Position numbers and translations under genes: made by a program. From contig OY760175.1 in NCBI GenBank assembly GCA_963663165.1, positions 544,001 to 608,000 of the forward strand: DNA of 64,000 nucleotides, written 5' to 3'. Of the stretch, positions 29,567-39,078 are shown in pieces. The stretch comes from an uncultured Desulfospira sp. (GTDB lineage Bacteria > Desulfobacterota > Desulfobacteria > Desulfobacterales > Desulfobacteraceae). Position 1 is the first letter of the stretch. Every line of letters starts with the position of its first letter. The notes under the pieces are model-generated. The model made no database searches. It worked only from the letters and a program-made list of their open reading frames with translations, and was not told where the DNA came from.

Positions 29567-30526
29567 ATGAAAAATATTGAATTGCCACGTAATAAAAAAT
29601 TTGTTTTCACCATCATTGATGATGCCGATGACGGCACTTATTCAAATACAAAGCCGATTTATGATTTTCTATATGAAAAAGGGCTTAGAATTACCAAAAC
29701 AGTATGGGTGTATCCCCCAAGGGATGAAACTTCCAATGGAGACTGCCTCCAGAGTCCTGAATATCTTGATTTTATATTGAATCTGAAAGAAAAAGGATTT
29801 GAAATCGGCCTTCATAATGTGGGAAGTGGGACCTATTATAGGGAAGAAATTTTAAAAGGTCTGGAAGAGTACAAAAATTTACTTGGAGCGTATCCAAAGA
29901 TTCATATCAATCATTCTTATAACGTTGACAGTATTTACGGCGGGTATAAGCGATTCAGTTTTCCGTTCAACTGGGTAATAAAAAAATTCTATCCCCAATA
30001 CAGTAAGGCGTTTCAGGGAGAGATTCACGGGAGTCCTCATTTCTGGGGAAATGAGCATAAGCAGACTATCAAATTCAGCCGAAACTATGAGATTGATCAA
30101 TTAAATACTATAAAATTTAATCCCAAAATGCCCTATATTGATCCGGATAAAACCCGTTATGCCAACTACTGGTTTTCCGCTACTTTTGCTCCAAATCAGT
30201 GGCTTTTTAATCATCTTGTTACTAAAAAAGCCATAGACCGGCTGGAAAAAGAAAAAGGTATTTGTATATTGTTTACCCATCTTGGATATTATATGCAGCA
30301 AGGGAGAATTGATCCTGGTTTCATGGAAGCAATAAACTATATTTCTCAAAAGGACGGATGGTTTGTCCCAGTTTCTACAGTGCTGGACTTTCTATTGGAA
30401 ACCCGTTCTGCAGATTTGAAAATTACAAGGTTAGAGAAACTTAAGCTTGAGTTTTTACATCTGTTAACTCGTCTGAAATACAGAAGATTTATTAAATTGG
30501 ATGATTATGCATTCAAAAAATTATAA
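29567..30526 (+). CDS. Polysaccharide deacetylase-like protein
   Basis: FTIIDDADD, GFEIGLH, FTHLG. Confidence 0.65.
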   Translation: MKNIELPRNKKFVFTIIDDADDGTYSNTKPIYDFLYEKGLRITKTVWVYPPRDETSNGDCLQSPEYLDFILNLKEKGFEIGLHNVGSGTYYREEILKGLEEYKNLLGAYPKIHINHSYNVDSIYGGYKRFSFPFNWVIKKFYPQYSKAFQGEIHGSPHFWGNEHKQTIKFSRNYEIDQLNTIKFNPKMPYIDPDKTRYANYWFSATFAPNQWLFNHLVTKKAIDRLEKEKGICILFTHLGYYMQQGRIDPGFMEAINYISQKDGWFVPVSTVLDFLLETRSADLKITRLEKLKLEFLHLLTRLKYRRFIKLDDYAFKKL

Positions 30527-30558
30527 TTTTTTGTTTTTCCGTCACTATAGGAGTTGCA

Positions 30559-31314
30559 ATGCAGCATAGGTTTTACATTGATGATGTTTCATTCAGTTGT
30601 ACCTGTTTATCAGATGCCATAGGCCAGCTCAGCAGGAAAGTTGATAAGAAAGAAAAAGGGTATATTTGTGTTTCTAATGTTAGAGCAACCTATATCGCTA
30701 ACCATGATAAAGAATATGCCCGGGTATTGAATAATTCATTTTTAACATTGCCGGATGGCAAGCCTATTGAATGGTACGCACACATTCTGGGCCATAAAAA
30801 CGTAAAAAAATGTTCAGGCCAGGATTTTTTTTATAAGGTATGTGAATTGTCAGAGAAAAAAAATTATACACATTTTTTTTATGGCAGCACACCTGAGATA
30901 GTAAAGATGCTTGAGATTAATCTAAGAAAAAAATTCCCTTCATTAAAGATAGTTGGGGCTGTCTCTCCTCCCTATAAATCTGCCAAAGAGTTGGCAGATT
31001 CTGATATCATCGATTGCATAAACCAATGCCAACCTGATTTCGTATGGGTTGGGCTTGGGGCGCCAAAACAGGAGTTTTTCATCAATTTAATTAAAGATAA
31101 AATCGGATCTTCTGTTTTAATAGGTATTGGGCTGGTTTTTGACTATGAAGCCGGGAAGGTGATGCGTGCACCAAGATGGATGCAAAATAATGGGTTAGAA
31201 TGGGCATTTGTTTGGTCTCAGCAACCTCAAAAAATAAAAAGGTCCTATAAATATTTTCTATATTTTATTAAAAAATTGGTCTTAAGGATTTATGAACAAT
31301 ATAGAAAAAATTAA
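30559..31314 (+). CDS. WecB/TagA/CpsF glycosyltransferase
   Basis: LPDGKP, VWVGLGAPKQE, RAPRWMQNNGLEW. Confidence 0.92.
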   Translation: MQHRFYIDDVSFSCTCLSDAIGQLSRKVDKKEKGYICVSNVRATYIANHDKEYARVLNNSFLTLPDGKPIEWYAHILGHKNVKKCSGQDFFYKVCELSEKKNYTHFFYGSTPEIVKMLEINLRKKFPSLKIVGAVSPPYKSAKELADSDIIDCINQCQPDFVWVGLGAPKQEFFINLIKDKIGSSVLIGIGLVFDYEAGKVMRAPRWMQNNGLEWAFVWSQQPQKIKRSYKYFLYFIKKLVLRIYEQYRKN

Positions 31315-31822
31315 AATTATATTTTCGTCAGTATTTTCTTTGGCTTTTATAAAGTCAATCATTGCATCGTTTTCTTATTTTCTTTTTGAACATGTTTATT
31401 GGCGGAAAAAAATTAATCAAAAAGGAAAATGTAGAATTCACCCTTCGGCTTCCATTCGAAATGCTAGAAATATCATAGTAGGTGCAAACTCTCATATAAA
31501 CATTAACTGTTTTATCTGGGCAGCTCCTGATTCAAAGATCATATTAGGTGATAACCTTTTGATGGGACCTTTGGTGCAATTGCACGCTTCAAATCATGGG
31601 AGTAAATTATCCGGAATCCCGATGACATTTCAGGAGAGCTTGGATGAAGACATTATAATAGGTAATGATGTATGGCTTGGTGCCGGAAGTATCATTACAG
31701 CAGGTGTTTCTATTGCAGACGGGATCATTGTTGCTGCCGGTTCCATTGTCACCAAATCATTTGATACACCTAACATTGTCATTGGAGGGATTCCGGCAAA
31801 ACAGATCGGTTCCCGAAAATAA
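31292..31822 (+). CDS. Hexapeptide-repeat acyltransferase
   Basis: IGNDVWLGAGSII..VAAGSIVTK..GGIPAK. Confidence 0.88.
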   Translation: MNNIEKIKIIFSSVFSLAFIKSIIASFSYFLFEHVYWRKKINQKGKCRIHPSASIRNARNIIVGANSHININCFIWAAPDSKIILGDNLLMGPLVQLHASNHGSKLSGIPMTFQESLDEDIIIGNDVWLGAGSIITAGVSIADGIIVAAGSIVTKSFDTPNIVIGGIPAKQIGSRK

Positions 31823-31878
31823 ATTATAAGCACTGATGTTCAGGTATAAGATATAAACAATAATATGGATATTAGGAT

Positions 31879-32895
31879 ATGAAAAAAGTTGCGTTGATCG
31901 GAGTCGGTAAAATGGGACTTTCCCATTTGGCCATTGCCAATTCGACACCAGGCATTGAAGTTGTGGCTGTTTGCGATCTTTCTGCACCGTTGATGTATTT
32001 TTTAGGGAAAAATACAGATAATACAACGTATAAAGATTATAAAAAGATGATCAAAAAAGAGGAACTGGATGCTGTTATCATCTGTGTTCCCAATGCGCTG
32101 CATTTTGATATTGCAAAATACTGCATGGAACAGCAGCTTGATGTGTTTATCGAAAAACCCTTTACCTTAAGCGTTGCAGAAAGTTTCGAATTATGTAAGA
32201 TCGCATCTAAAAATAATATTAAAGGGCAGGTCGGTTATGTAAACCGGTTTAATCCGGTTTTTCAGAAAGTAAAAACACTGCTTGAAGAAAAAGTGATCGG
32301 CGAACCGGTCAGTTATGTGAATAAGATGATCGGTGGTGTTATTTTAAAGAAAAACAGCAAAGGATGGAGAAACGACTATACACAGGGAGGAGGGTGCTTG
32401 TTCGATTATGGGCCTCACTGTTTTGATCTTTCAACATATTTTTTTGGTACAAAGGTGAAAGTTAGTTTTTCGTTCCTGGCAAAGGTTTTTTCAACAAATG
32501 TTGATGATATCGTTTCCGCTACCTTTTTGCATGAAGACAAGGTGGTTGGATATAATTACATCAATTGGTCTGATGCCTCTGCCAGGAAGGCCAGCAACAC
32601 CATTGAAATAGCAGGAACACAGGGAAAGATAGTCGCCAACAAACAGGAAATAAGCGTATTTGTCTCTCAGGGCGGTATTTCAGGCATGAAAGAAGGCTGG
32701 AACCAATGCTATATAACTGATGAAAATACTGATATTCCATATTATCTTAGGGGAGAAGATTTTTCAAACCAGATGATGGAGTTTTCTGACTTAATCAATG
32801 GAAAAATTGAATGTTCAATATCGCCTTTTGAAAGTGCATTGGTGACAGATCAATTGCTTGATGAGGTTTTTAAAAGAGCCGGAGGTGAAAAATAA
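31879..32895 (+). CDS. Gfo/Idh/MocA oxidoreductase
   Basis: IGVGKMG, FIEKP, GGGCLFDYGPH. Confidence 0.9.
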   Translation: MKKVALIGVGKMGLSHLAIANSTPGIEVVAVCDLSAPLMYFLGKNTDNTTYKDYKKMIKKEELDAVIICVPNALHFDIAKYCMEQQLDVFIEKPFTLSVAESFELCKIASKNNIKGQVGYVNRFNPVFQKVKTLLEEKVIGEPVSYVNKMIGGVILKKNSKGWRNDYTQGGGCLFDYGPHCFDLSTYFFGTKVKVSFSFLAKVFSTNVDDIVSATFLHEDKVVGYNYINWSDASARKASNTIEIAGTQGKIVANKQEISVFVSQGGISGMKEGWNQCYITDENTDIPYYLRGEDFSNQMMEFSDLINGKIECSISPFESALVTDQLLDEVFKRAGGEK

Positions 32896-33752
32896 TGGAC
32901 AGAATTATATTTGGCGATAACCAATTTTTTGGTGTAAACCACATGTCCGAACAGGCGTCAATCCGGCAGTCCCAAAAATACAGAACGCCGGGTGATATAT
33001 ATATGACCCTTGAATATGTGAATAAGATCGGCATCAAAACCTTTATGTTTACAACACATGATATGCTTGAACCTGTTTTTGACAAGATAAGAGAAAACGA
33101 GGAATTTTCTGATTTCAAGCTGGTTCCCTGTATGCCATATGCCCATAAATATGCAAATGCAATGGTTGAACAGGGAATTTTTGAGGCTGTGAATAAATTC
33201 GTACCGGGAAATAAGATCATTTCGGGTTTTAAAGGTTTGAAAGCAGCGGTATCATCAGATCCTGTACCGATTATGAAGTTGCTGGTAGATTCAGAGATGA
33301 AGCAGTTTAAAGGTTTGAATGTTGAGGCTGTTTTTTTACTCAATATTGTTACCGATCTTTTGATGGGTATGGGAATGCATAATATATTTTATGAATTTTC
33401 AAAATATGTTGAAGAACAATATGGAGTCAAAGCAGGTTTTTTTACAATGAACTATGTCATGCTCAAAGATATTCTGGTTAATAACTTGGGCATTGAAAAA
33501 CCATTGATTTGTTCAAATTTTAACAAAATTGGGTTCCGGATGAACCCCTCTAAAGCGGCGGTTGAAAAAAGCCTTAGAGAAAAGAACAGCTTCACCATTG
33601 CCATGTCCATTCTTGCATCAGGTGCAGTCAAACCAGAGGAAGCCGTAGAATATATCGGCAGTCTGGATGGGAATGTAGACGCAGTTTTATTCGGAGCTTC
33701 TTCCCCGGTGCACATCAAGGAAACCAAAGAGCTTTTAGAAAAAATGATATAG
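32895..33752 (+). CDS. Conserved hypothetical protein coupled to the oxidoreductase
   Basis: 285-aa ORF whose ATG overlaps the upstream stop; FGDNQFFGVNH, AMSILASG. Confidence 0.7.
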   Translation: MDRIIFGDNQFFGVNHMSEQASIRQSQKYRTPGDIYMTLEYVNKIGIKTFMFTTHDMLEPVFDKIRENEEFSDFKLVPCMPYAHKYANAMVEQGIFEAVNKFVPGNKIISGFKGLKAAVSSDPVPIMKLLVDSEMKQFKGLNVEAVFLLNIVTDLLMGMGMHNIFYEFSKYVEEQYGVKAGFFTMNYVMLKDILVNNLGIEKPLICSNFNKIGFRMNPSKAAVEKSLREKNSFTIAMSILASGAVKPEEAVEYIGSLDGNVDAVLFGASSPVHIKETKELLEKMI

Positions 33753-33862
33753 ATGTCACGATCCTTTTGGTCTCTATTATAGGCTAACTCACAACAAAAA
33801 TTGAAAGTCCCGGCCTTTTTTACAAGGACTTTCATATTTAAATTTAAGAAAAGTCTGTCTTT

Positions 33863-35416
33863 ATGAAATTTTCTGATTCAATAAAATCCGGATATGTCAT
33901 TGTGATTGGTATCTACACGGTGCTGTGTATATTCCTTTATCAGTCTGCAGCAGCTAATCTGCTCAAATGGTGGAAAAAGGATGATTATTCCTATTGCTAT
34001 CTAATACCTTTCATTGTTTTATATCTGCTCTGGGAAAAGAAGAATTCCTTTGCTGTTGAAACTATCCGGCCTCAGTGGCGGGGGATGATTCCATTTTTAT
34101 TGGGCATTGTGTTTTACTGGCTCGGAGAGTTGGGAGGGGAGTTTTATTCACTTTATTTATCCTTCTGGCTGGTCATCTTTGGCCTTTGCGTTATGCTAAT
34201 GGGAATGGATAAAGTCAAAACCATTATCTTCCCTTTATGTATGATCTTTACCATGTTTCCGCTTCCCAATTTCATTAATAACAGGATTACCCTGCAACTG
34301 AAGATCCTTTCAACGAAACTTGGCGTGTTAATGATGCAGGCCTATGGCATGAGCGCGTACCGGGAAGGCAATGTCATAGATCTTGGCTTTACTCAGCTTC
34401 AAGTGGTGGATGCCTGTTCGGGCCTGAGATATCTGTTTCCAATGATTGTGCTAAGTATTCTGGTTGCCTATTTTTATCCGGCCCGGTTTTGGAAACGGCT
34501 TATTGTTGTTGTATCTTCGCTTCCTTTAACTATTCTTAGCAACAGTCTCAGGATTGCATTGACAGGGATTTTATCTGAAAAATTTGGTGCAAAAGTGGTG
34601 GAAGGGTTTTTCCATGATTTTGAAGGTATCCTGATATTTATGTTCACCCTTGGGATATTGCTTTTAGAAATCTGGATTATTAGGCTGATATTCCCTGAGC
34701 CTAAGAAAATTCAAGATGACACCTCGATTGTGGAAACTGAATTAGTTGAGGCTGTTGGAAAAGAAAAAGGGACATCTTTAAAATCGCCTAAGTTTGTTGT
34801 TTCTGTCGTTTTGTTGGTCTTGACAATTGGCTTGTCCCAAGGAATTGAATTCAGGGAAGCTATCCCTATAAGTCAGTCTTTTGATAAGTTTCCAAAGACC
34901 ATCGGGGAATGGAGCGGAGAGCGGCAATTGATGGAGAAAAGGTTCATTGATGAACTGGACCTGAGTGACTATTTCATGGCCGATTACAAAACTGGAGATG
35001 GAAAGGCAGTCAATTTTTATGTGGCCTATTATGAAAGCCAGCGAAAAGGGGAGTCTATCCATTCTCCGGCGACCTGTCTTCGGGGCGGGGGTTGGGATTT
35101 TAAACAGGCCGGGAGCCGGAATATTACCCTGGAAGATGGAACGGTCATGCCGGCAAACCGGGCTTTGATTGAAAAGGCACCGGTTAAGCAATTGTCTTAC
35201 TACTGGTTTCCCTGCCGGGGACGGATTTTGACCAATGCATATCAGATGAAAATTTATAACTTCTGGGATGCCCTGACACGGCAGCGGACGGATGGGGCTT
35301 TGGTCCGGGTGATTACACTGGTGTATGAAGATGAAACGATAGAAGATGCTGAAAAACGGATACAGGGGTTTATTTCTGATGTTCAGCCGGTGTTGCGGAC
35401 TTTTTTGCCGGAGTGA
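33863..35416 (+). CDS. Exosortase fused to EpsI domain (XrtD-like)
   Basis: REGNVIDL, VVDACSGLR (catalytic Cys), NSLRI, FFHDFEG; EpsI HSPATCL.GGGW, RTDGALVRV. Confidence 0.9.
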   Translation: MKFSDSIKSGYVIVIGIYTVLCIFLYQSAAANLLKWWKKDDYSYCYLIPFIVLYLLWEKKNSFAVETIRPQWRGMIPFLLGIVFYWLGELGGEFYSLYLSFWLVIFGLCVMLMGMDKVKTIIFPLCMIFTMFPLPNFINNRITLQLKILSTKLGVLMMQAYGMSAYREGNVIDLGFTQLQVVDACSGLRYLFPMIVLSILVAYFYPARFWKRLIVVVSSLPLTILSNSLRIALTGILSEKFGAKVVEGFFHDFEGILIFMFTLGILLLEIWIIRLIFPEPKKIQDDTSIVETELVEAVGKEKGTSLKSPKFVVSVVLLVLTIGLSQGIEFREAIPISQSFDKFPKTIGEWSGERQLMEKRFIDELDLSDYFMADYKTGDGKAVNFYVAYYESQRKGESIHSPATCLRGGGWDFKQAGSRNITLEDGTVMPANRALIEKAPVKQLSYYWFPCRGRILTNAYQMKIYNFWDALTRQRTDGALVRVITLVYEDETIEDAEKRIQGFISDVQPVLRTFLPE

Positions 35417-35454
35417 GAAATGGGATATGAGACTTGGGATTTGGGGTATGGGGT

Positions 35455-35485
35455 GTTGGGTTTCGCTGCGCTCTACCCAACCTAC
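35455..35485 (-). repeat. GTAG-REP, third family
   Basis: Minus strand GTAGGTTGGGTAGAGCGCAGCGAAACCCAAC; degenerate copy near 37272-37302. Confidence 0.75.
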
Positions 35486-35575
35486 GGGTTGCGGTTATGT
35501 TACAAACAATATGCGCCATTGATTATTGAACAATGAGGCTGTCATCTGTATATTCAAATAAAAAAAGGAGATGAC

Positions 35576-35809
35576 ATGGAAGGCATATCAGAAAAAATAT
35601 ATGAACAAGCAATCAATCTTCCCATAGATGAACGGCTTATACTTATAGATAGGTTGCTGATTAGTACCAATTTACCGACTCAAAAAGATATTGATCTGGC
35701 ATGGTCAGCCGAAGTTGAACGCCGTTGCCAAGCACTTGACCGTGGAGAAGCAAGACTTATCTCCGGAGAGGAGGTCTTTGAAAAAATTCGGAAGCGATTT
35801 TCAAAATGA
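35576..35809 (+). CDS. Addiction-module antitoxin (TIGR02574-like)
   Basis: LPIDERLILIDRLL..AWSAEVERR..GEEVF. Confidence 0.85.
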   Translation: MEGISEKIYEQAINLPIDERLILIDRLLISTNLPTQKDIDLAWSAEVERRCQALDRGEARLISGEEVFEKIRKRFSK

Positions 35810-36093
35810 GATTCAGCTTTCATGAAATTGCTGAAAAAGAATTTATTGACGCCATTGAATATTACGAAGAATGCCAGGCCGGGTTAGGCTTGAGATTCTC
35901 TGAAGAAGTTTTCGCCACAATTGAACGAGTATGTGAGCATCCATATGCTTGGACAGGGATTGATGCAAAAACCAGGCGTTGCCTCACAAACAAGTTCCCG
36001 TACGGAATTCTTTATCGGATAGTTAACAACCACATCAGGATTATGGCGGTAATGCATCTGCATAGAAAGCCGGACTACTGGAAAAGTAGATAA
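35806..36093 (+). CDS. ParE/RelE-family toxin
   Basis: RRCLTNKFPYGILY, IMAVMHLHRKPDYWKSR. Confidence 0.88.
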   Translation: MRFSFHEIAEKEFIDAIEYYEECQAGLGLRFSEEVFATIERVCEHPYAWTGIDAKTRRCLTNKFPYGILYRIVNNHIRIMAVMHLHRKPDYWKSR

Positions 36094-36113
36094 AAAGTGG
36101 CGGTGTAAATGAG

Positions 36114-36280
36114 GTGCTTGAATATATTAAACTGAATCCTGGGAAAAATACACGGCAGATACAGCAGGCGTTAAATATTCCTCGAAGAACTTTGGAGCGG
36201 ATGCCAAAAGAACTGAGGGATAAGAAGTCGATTGAGTTTCGGGGAACCCCTAAAGTTGGTGGTTATTTCTTTGTTATTGA
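36114..36280 (+). pseudogene. Winged-HTH C-terminal remnant
   Basis: LEYIKLNPGKNTRQIQQALNIPRRTLER..IEFRGTPKVGGY resembles the terminal wHTH of Fic/ATP-binding proteins. Confidence 0.55.
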
Positions 36281-36285
36281 GGTAT

Positions 36286-36302
36286 CAATGTCATTAACTT
36301 AA
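36286..36302. mobile_element. Solo IS4 terminal inverted repeat
   Basis: CAATGTCATTAACTTAA, identical to the IRs at 21256 and 22749. Confidence 0.8.
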
Positions 36303-36337
36303 GCATCGAGGATGTTATTTGCAGGTCTCCTTTGAAT

Positions 36338-36493
36338 TTAGAAGATTTAAAAATGCCACCAGGAAATATGTTCGAGGCACTAAAGGGAGACCGAAAAGGG
36401 ACTTATAGTATACGAATCAATGATCAATATAGAGTCTGTTTTAAATGGTCAGAATCGGCCCCTGATTTTGTAGAGATAACCGACTATTATTAA
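36338..36493 (+). pseudogene. higB: HigB toxin, 5'-truncated
   Basis: LEDLKMPPGNMFEALKGDRKGTYSIRINDQYRVCFKW..VEITDYY*. Confidence 0.82.
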
Positions 36494-36496
36494 TTA

Positions 36497-36639
36497 GTGT
36501 TTGAACGAAAAGTCACCCATCTGCTGTGTTGCAGGAAAAGTTGCAATCCTCACAACCCCATGGTTGCTCCGGTTGCAACTTTTCCTGCGCCTTGCATCTG
36601 GGCAACTTTTCGTCCAAACACGGGTTTCCGTTCAGGCAC
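36497..36639. mobile_element. 143-bp MITE-like element between higB and higA
   Basis: Ends GTGTTTGAACGAAAA / TTTCCGTTCAGGCAC, flanked by TAATTA on both sides; nested internal inverted repeats. Confidence 0.78.
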
Positions 36640-36655
36640 TAATTATGAGGTGAGT

Positions 36656-36973
36656 ATGATTAGAATACCAACACATAGAGAGCCTACTCATCCAGGCGAA
36701 ATGCTAATTGAAGAGTTTTTAACCCCGATGGGAATAATCCAAAAGGAACTGGCAAATTCAATACATGTTCCATATCAAAGGGTTAATGAAATTGTAAAAG
36801 GTAAGAGAGGCATAACGCCGAGCACAGCCCTTCGATTGGCAAAATTTTTTGGAATCTCGGAAGATTTCTGGATGAATTTACAATTAAGATGGGATTTGTA
36901 TCAGGCAAAGTTAACTGAAAGTAATGAACTGAAAAATATTAAAACCTACTGCGTACCCGAGTTACAGTCATAA
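36656..36973 (+). CDS. higA: HigA antitoxin
   Basis: PTHPGEMLIEEFL, RVNEIVKGKRGIT, ALRLAKFFG, FWMNLQ; GAGGTG RBS. Confidence 0.92.
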   Translation: MIRIPTHREPTHPGEMLIEEFLTPMGIIQKELANSIHVPYQRVNEIVKGKRGITPSTALRLAKFFGISEDFWMNLQLRWDLYQAKLTESNELKNIKTYCVPELQS

Positions 36974-36981
36974 AATAATAT

Positions 36982-37092
36982 GCCCAACTACGCGATATAT
37001 CGATTATTGTTACCAGGAATGGCAATGATTTTAGAGGGTCTGAATTGGATGTTTATTCACCCGAAACGTTTGTTGAGCGTTATGGGAAGTGA
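36982..37092 (+). pseudogene. PIN-domain C-terminal remnant
   Basis: IIVTRNGNDFRGSELDVYSPETF. Confidence 0.6.
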
Positions 37093-37127
37093 GGTAATGG
37101 GGGCTCTTGATTTAGATTACTTGAACG

Positions 37128-37305
37128 ACAACCGACAGACTGAGCTTTGATCCGGGTGATTATCCTGGTGGAATCCACTGATGATGCTGAAAGAAGGGGG
37201 CAGGGGTTTATTTCTGATGTTCAGCCAGTGTTGCGGACTTTTTTGCCGGAGTGAGAAATGGGATATGGGGTGTTGGGTTTCGTTGCGCTCTACCTAACTT
37301 ACGGG
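37128..37305 (+). repeat. Degenerate duplicate of the exosortase 3' end and trailer (about 35277-35488)
   Basis: CAGGGGTTTATTTCTGATGTTCAGCC..GCCGGAGTGAGAAATGGGATATG..REP. Confidence 0.9.
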
Positions 37306-37429
37306 GTTACACAAAGTGGTCCGACTACATAGAGTGTGGTCATGTTGACAAAATGATCTATATTAATGATATATTAGGTATTGAAGGAATAGAAACCGTA
37401 ATGAACAATTTATTCTTGAGAGCTGATAC

Positions 37430-37705
37430 ATGCCCGAGCGAATAATACATATAAATTCCCCGGTAAAAGAAAATATTCTACTGTCAATAAAAGAAACAAA
37501 GGATGAATTCACAAAAAACGTTCTGTTTTTATCTGCGTTACATTTCTATAGGAATCGGCGTTTATCATTAGGGAAGGCGGCCGAGTTGGCAGGTTACACA
37601 AGAATTGAGTTTATCGAGAGACTCAAACAGGAGAAAGAATATATTTTTGATTATAGTGATGATGAAATGGATGAAATTTTTTCCGACGCAAAAAAGATAA
37701 AATGA
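37430..37705 (+). CDS. UPF0175-family antitoxin
   Basis: ALHFYRNRRLSLGKAAELAGYTRIEFIERL. Confidence 0.85.
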   Translation: MPERIIHINSPVKENILLSIKETKDEFTKNVLFLSALHFYRNRRLSLGKAAELAGYTRIEFIERLKQEKEYIFDYSDDEMDEIFSDAKKIK

Positions 37706-37896
37706 AGATTGTGTCGAATACCACGCCAATTATCTCTTTAGCCTCAATCGGGCAGCTTAATATATTTTTGTTAATTGCCAAAGAAAAGAATATAATCAAA
37801 TCCACAAAGCCATTGCTTGATGAGATGATTTCAAAGGGTCGATGGTATTCAAAAACGGTCTATCTACAATTTCTTGAACGGGCCGGCGAGATGTAG
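37702..37896 (+). pseudogene. DUF3368 PIN-like toxin with internal deletion
   Basis: N-terminal MKIVSNTTPIISL joined directly to C-terminal LLIAKEKNII..KPLLDEM..AGE; only 64 aa. Confidence 0.72.
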
Positions 37897-37967
37897 ATTT
37901 ATTCACTTTTTATGGGATTTCCTGTTTTAATATCAAAAAAACCAAGAGCATGAAACATATCTTGCTC

Positions 37968-38011
37968 GGAGCGGGCTATGTCCGCGAATCGCGGGCATGG
38001 CCCGCTCCTAC
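37968..38011. repeat. Inverted REP doublet (second family)
   Basis: GGAGCGGGCTATGTCCGCGA A TCGCGGGCATGGCCCGCTCCTAC. Confidence 0.82.
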
Positions 38012-38044
38012 CCAAATTGGTGTTTATTTTTCTGTTATTGAGAT

Positions 38045-38310
38045 AGATGGGAAGCCGGAATGAGAACCGGGACATGGGACTTGGGGCTTGGATTCAACCC
38101 CTTCGGGATTTCATGGTTTTAAACTACAGAGGGCACGGAAGGTTTGGCTTGCGCTAAACTGCACAGAGGGTGGGGCCGGCGTCGATAGTCCGGCTACAAG
38201 AGGGTGTTCATGATGATAAAGGGAACGGATAGATATCAGGGCATTAAGATGCTTTGTTTACAAAAGTGTCCGACTGGCGCATCTTGGTGTGTATAGGGAG
38301 GTGTATGATG
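38045..38310 (+). repeat. Shared cassette leader, copy 1
   Basis: Highly similar to 39079-39310 up to and including the start codon. Confidence 0.9.
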
Positions 38311-38661
38311 AAAACAGGCATTGCCGATTCCGTCAAAATAAATGACAAATACGCTCAGATTTTATCAACCTTTGACGTTGATTTGCAATCTGCGGTTGAT
38401 GATGCGCTACAAAAGTATTTGATTGAGCAGATAAGAATAAAAATCGTTACCTTGAAACAAAAAGTCAGCGTTTTTAAAAAAAAATATGGATGTGATTATG
38501 AAACATTCCATAAAAAAATATCAGAGGATGAAGCATATGTGAATCAAGTTGAATGCAACATTGATAAAATGTGGGAAACCGATCTGTTTGAGTGGGAATT
38601 ATGCCATAAAGGGATTAAGGATTGGACAGATCAACTTCAGAATGTTTTGATAATGTTGTAA
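38308..38661 (+). CDS. Putative antitoxin
   Basis: FKKKYGCDYETF..DLFEWE; same pattern as the 15627 ORF. Confidence 0.65.
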   Translation: MKTGIADSVKINDKYAQILSTFDVDLQSAVDDALQKYLIEQIRIKIVTLKQKVSVFKKKYGCDYETFHKKISEDEAYVNQVECNIDKMWETDLFEWELCHKGIKDWTDQLQNVLIML

Positions 38662-39014
38662 AAGCTGCGCACCAAATTTTTCAAGAACTTGATTATGATC
38701 TGGATGTGACACCTGTCCGGTCAATATTAAATATCAAGTGCCGGTATGGGGCATATACGGTTTTTATTTCAGAATTGTTCAGCGACAATACACGAAAATA
38801 CAGTTATTATGTGTTACATGAAAATTGGGTTGAAGCCGGCTTTGACAATGCGCCGGATCCCAGGGCTATTCGGCTCAAATATGGTAGAATTGGTAAAGAG
38901 CATGCCGGACAGAATATTTCCCATTTACATCTGGAAAATAAAACAAAAATTGAGTTAACTCCTGAAATATCATTTTTTGATTTCGTTGAGTGGATTCAAA
39001 ATAACCTTTCTTAA
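38622..39014 (+). CDS. DUF6516/TumE-like putative toxin
   Basis: RKYSYYVL..GFDNAPD..HLH; start uncertain. Confidence 0.6.
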   Translation: MDRSTSECFDNVVKAAHQIFQELDYDLDVTPVRSILNIKCRYGAYTVFISELFSDNTRKYSYYVLHENWVEAGFDNAPDPRAIRLKYGRIGKEHAGQNISHLHLENKTKIELTPEISFFDFVEWIQNNLS

Positions 39015-39078
39015 GATAGCTGTTCAATCTAAAGTTCTTGGGCTTGCAAAGGCAGAGACTGCTGACCACCGCAGAGCC

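Noticed and set aside
36497..36655. N-terminal extension of HigA
   Set aside because: Translation of MITE sequence; RBS GAGGTG precedes ATG 36656
37251..37445. Short ORF translated from repeat sequence (similar cases at 500-841, 9388-9606, 16236-16418)
   Set aside because: Translations of REP/short-repeat DNA with no coding features
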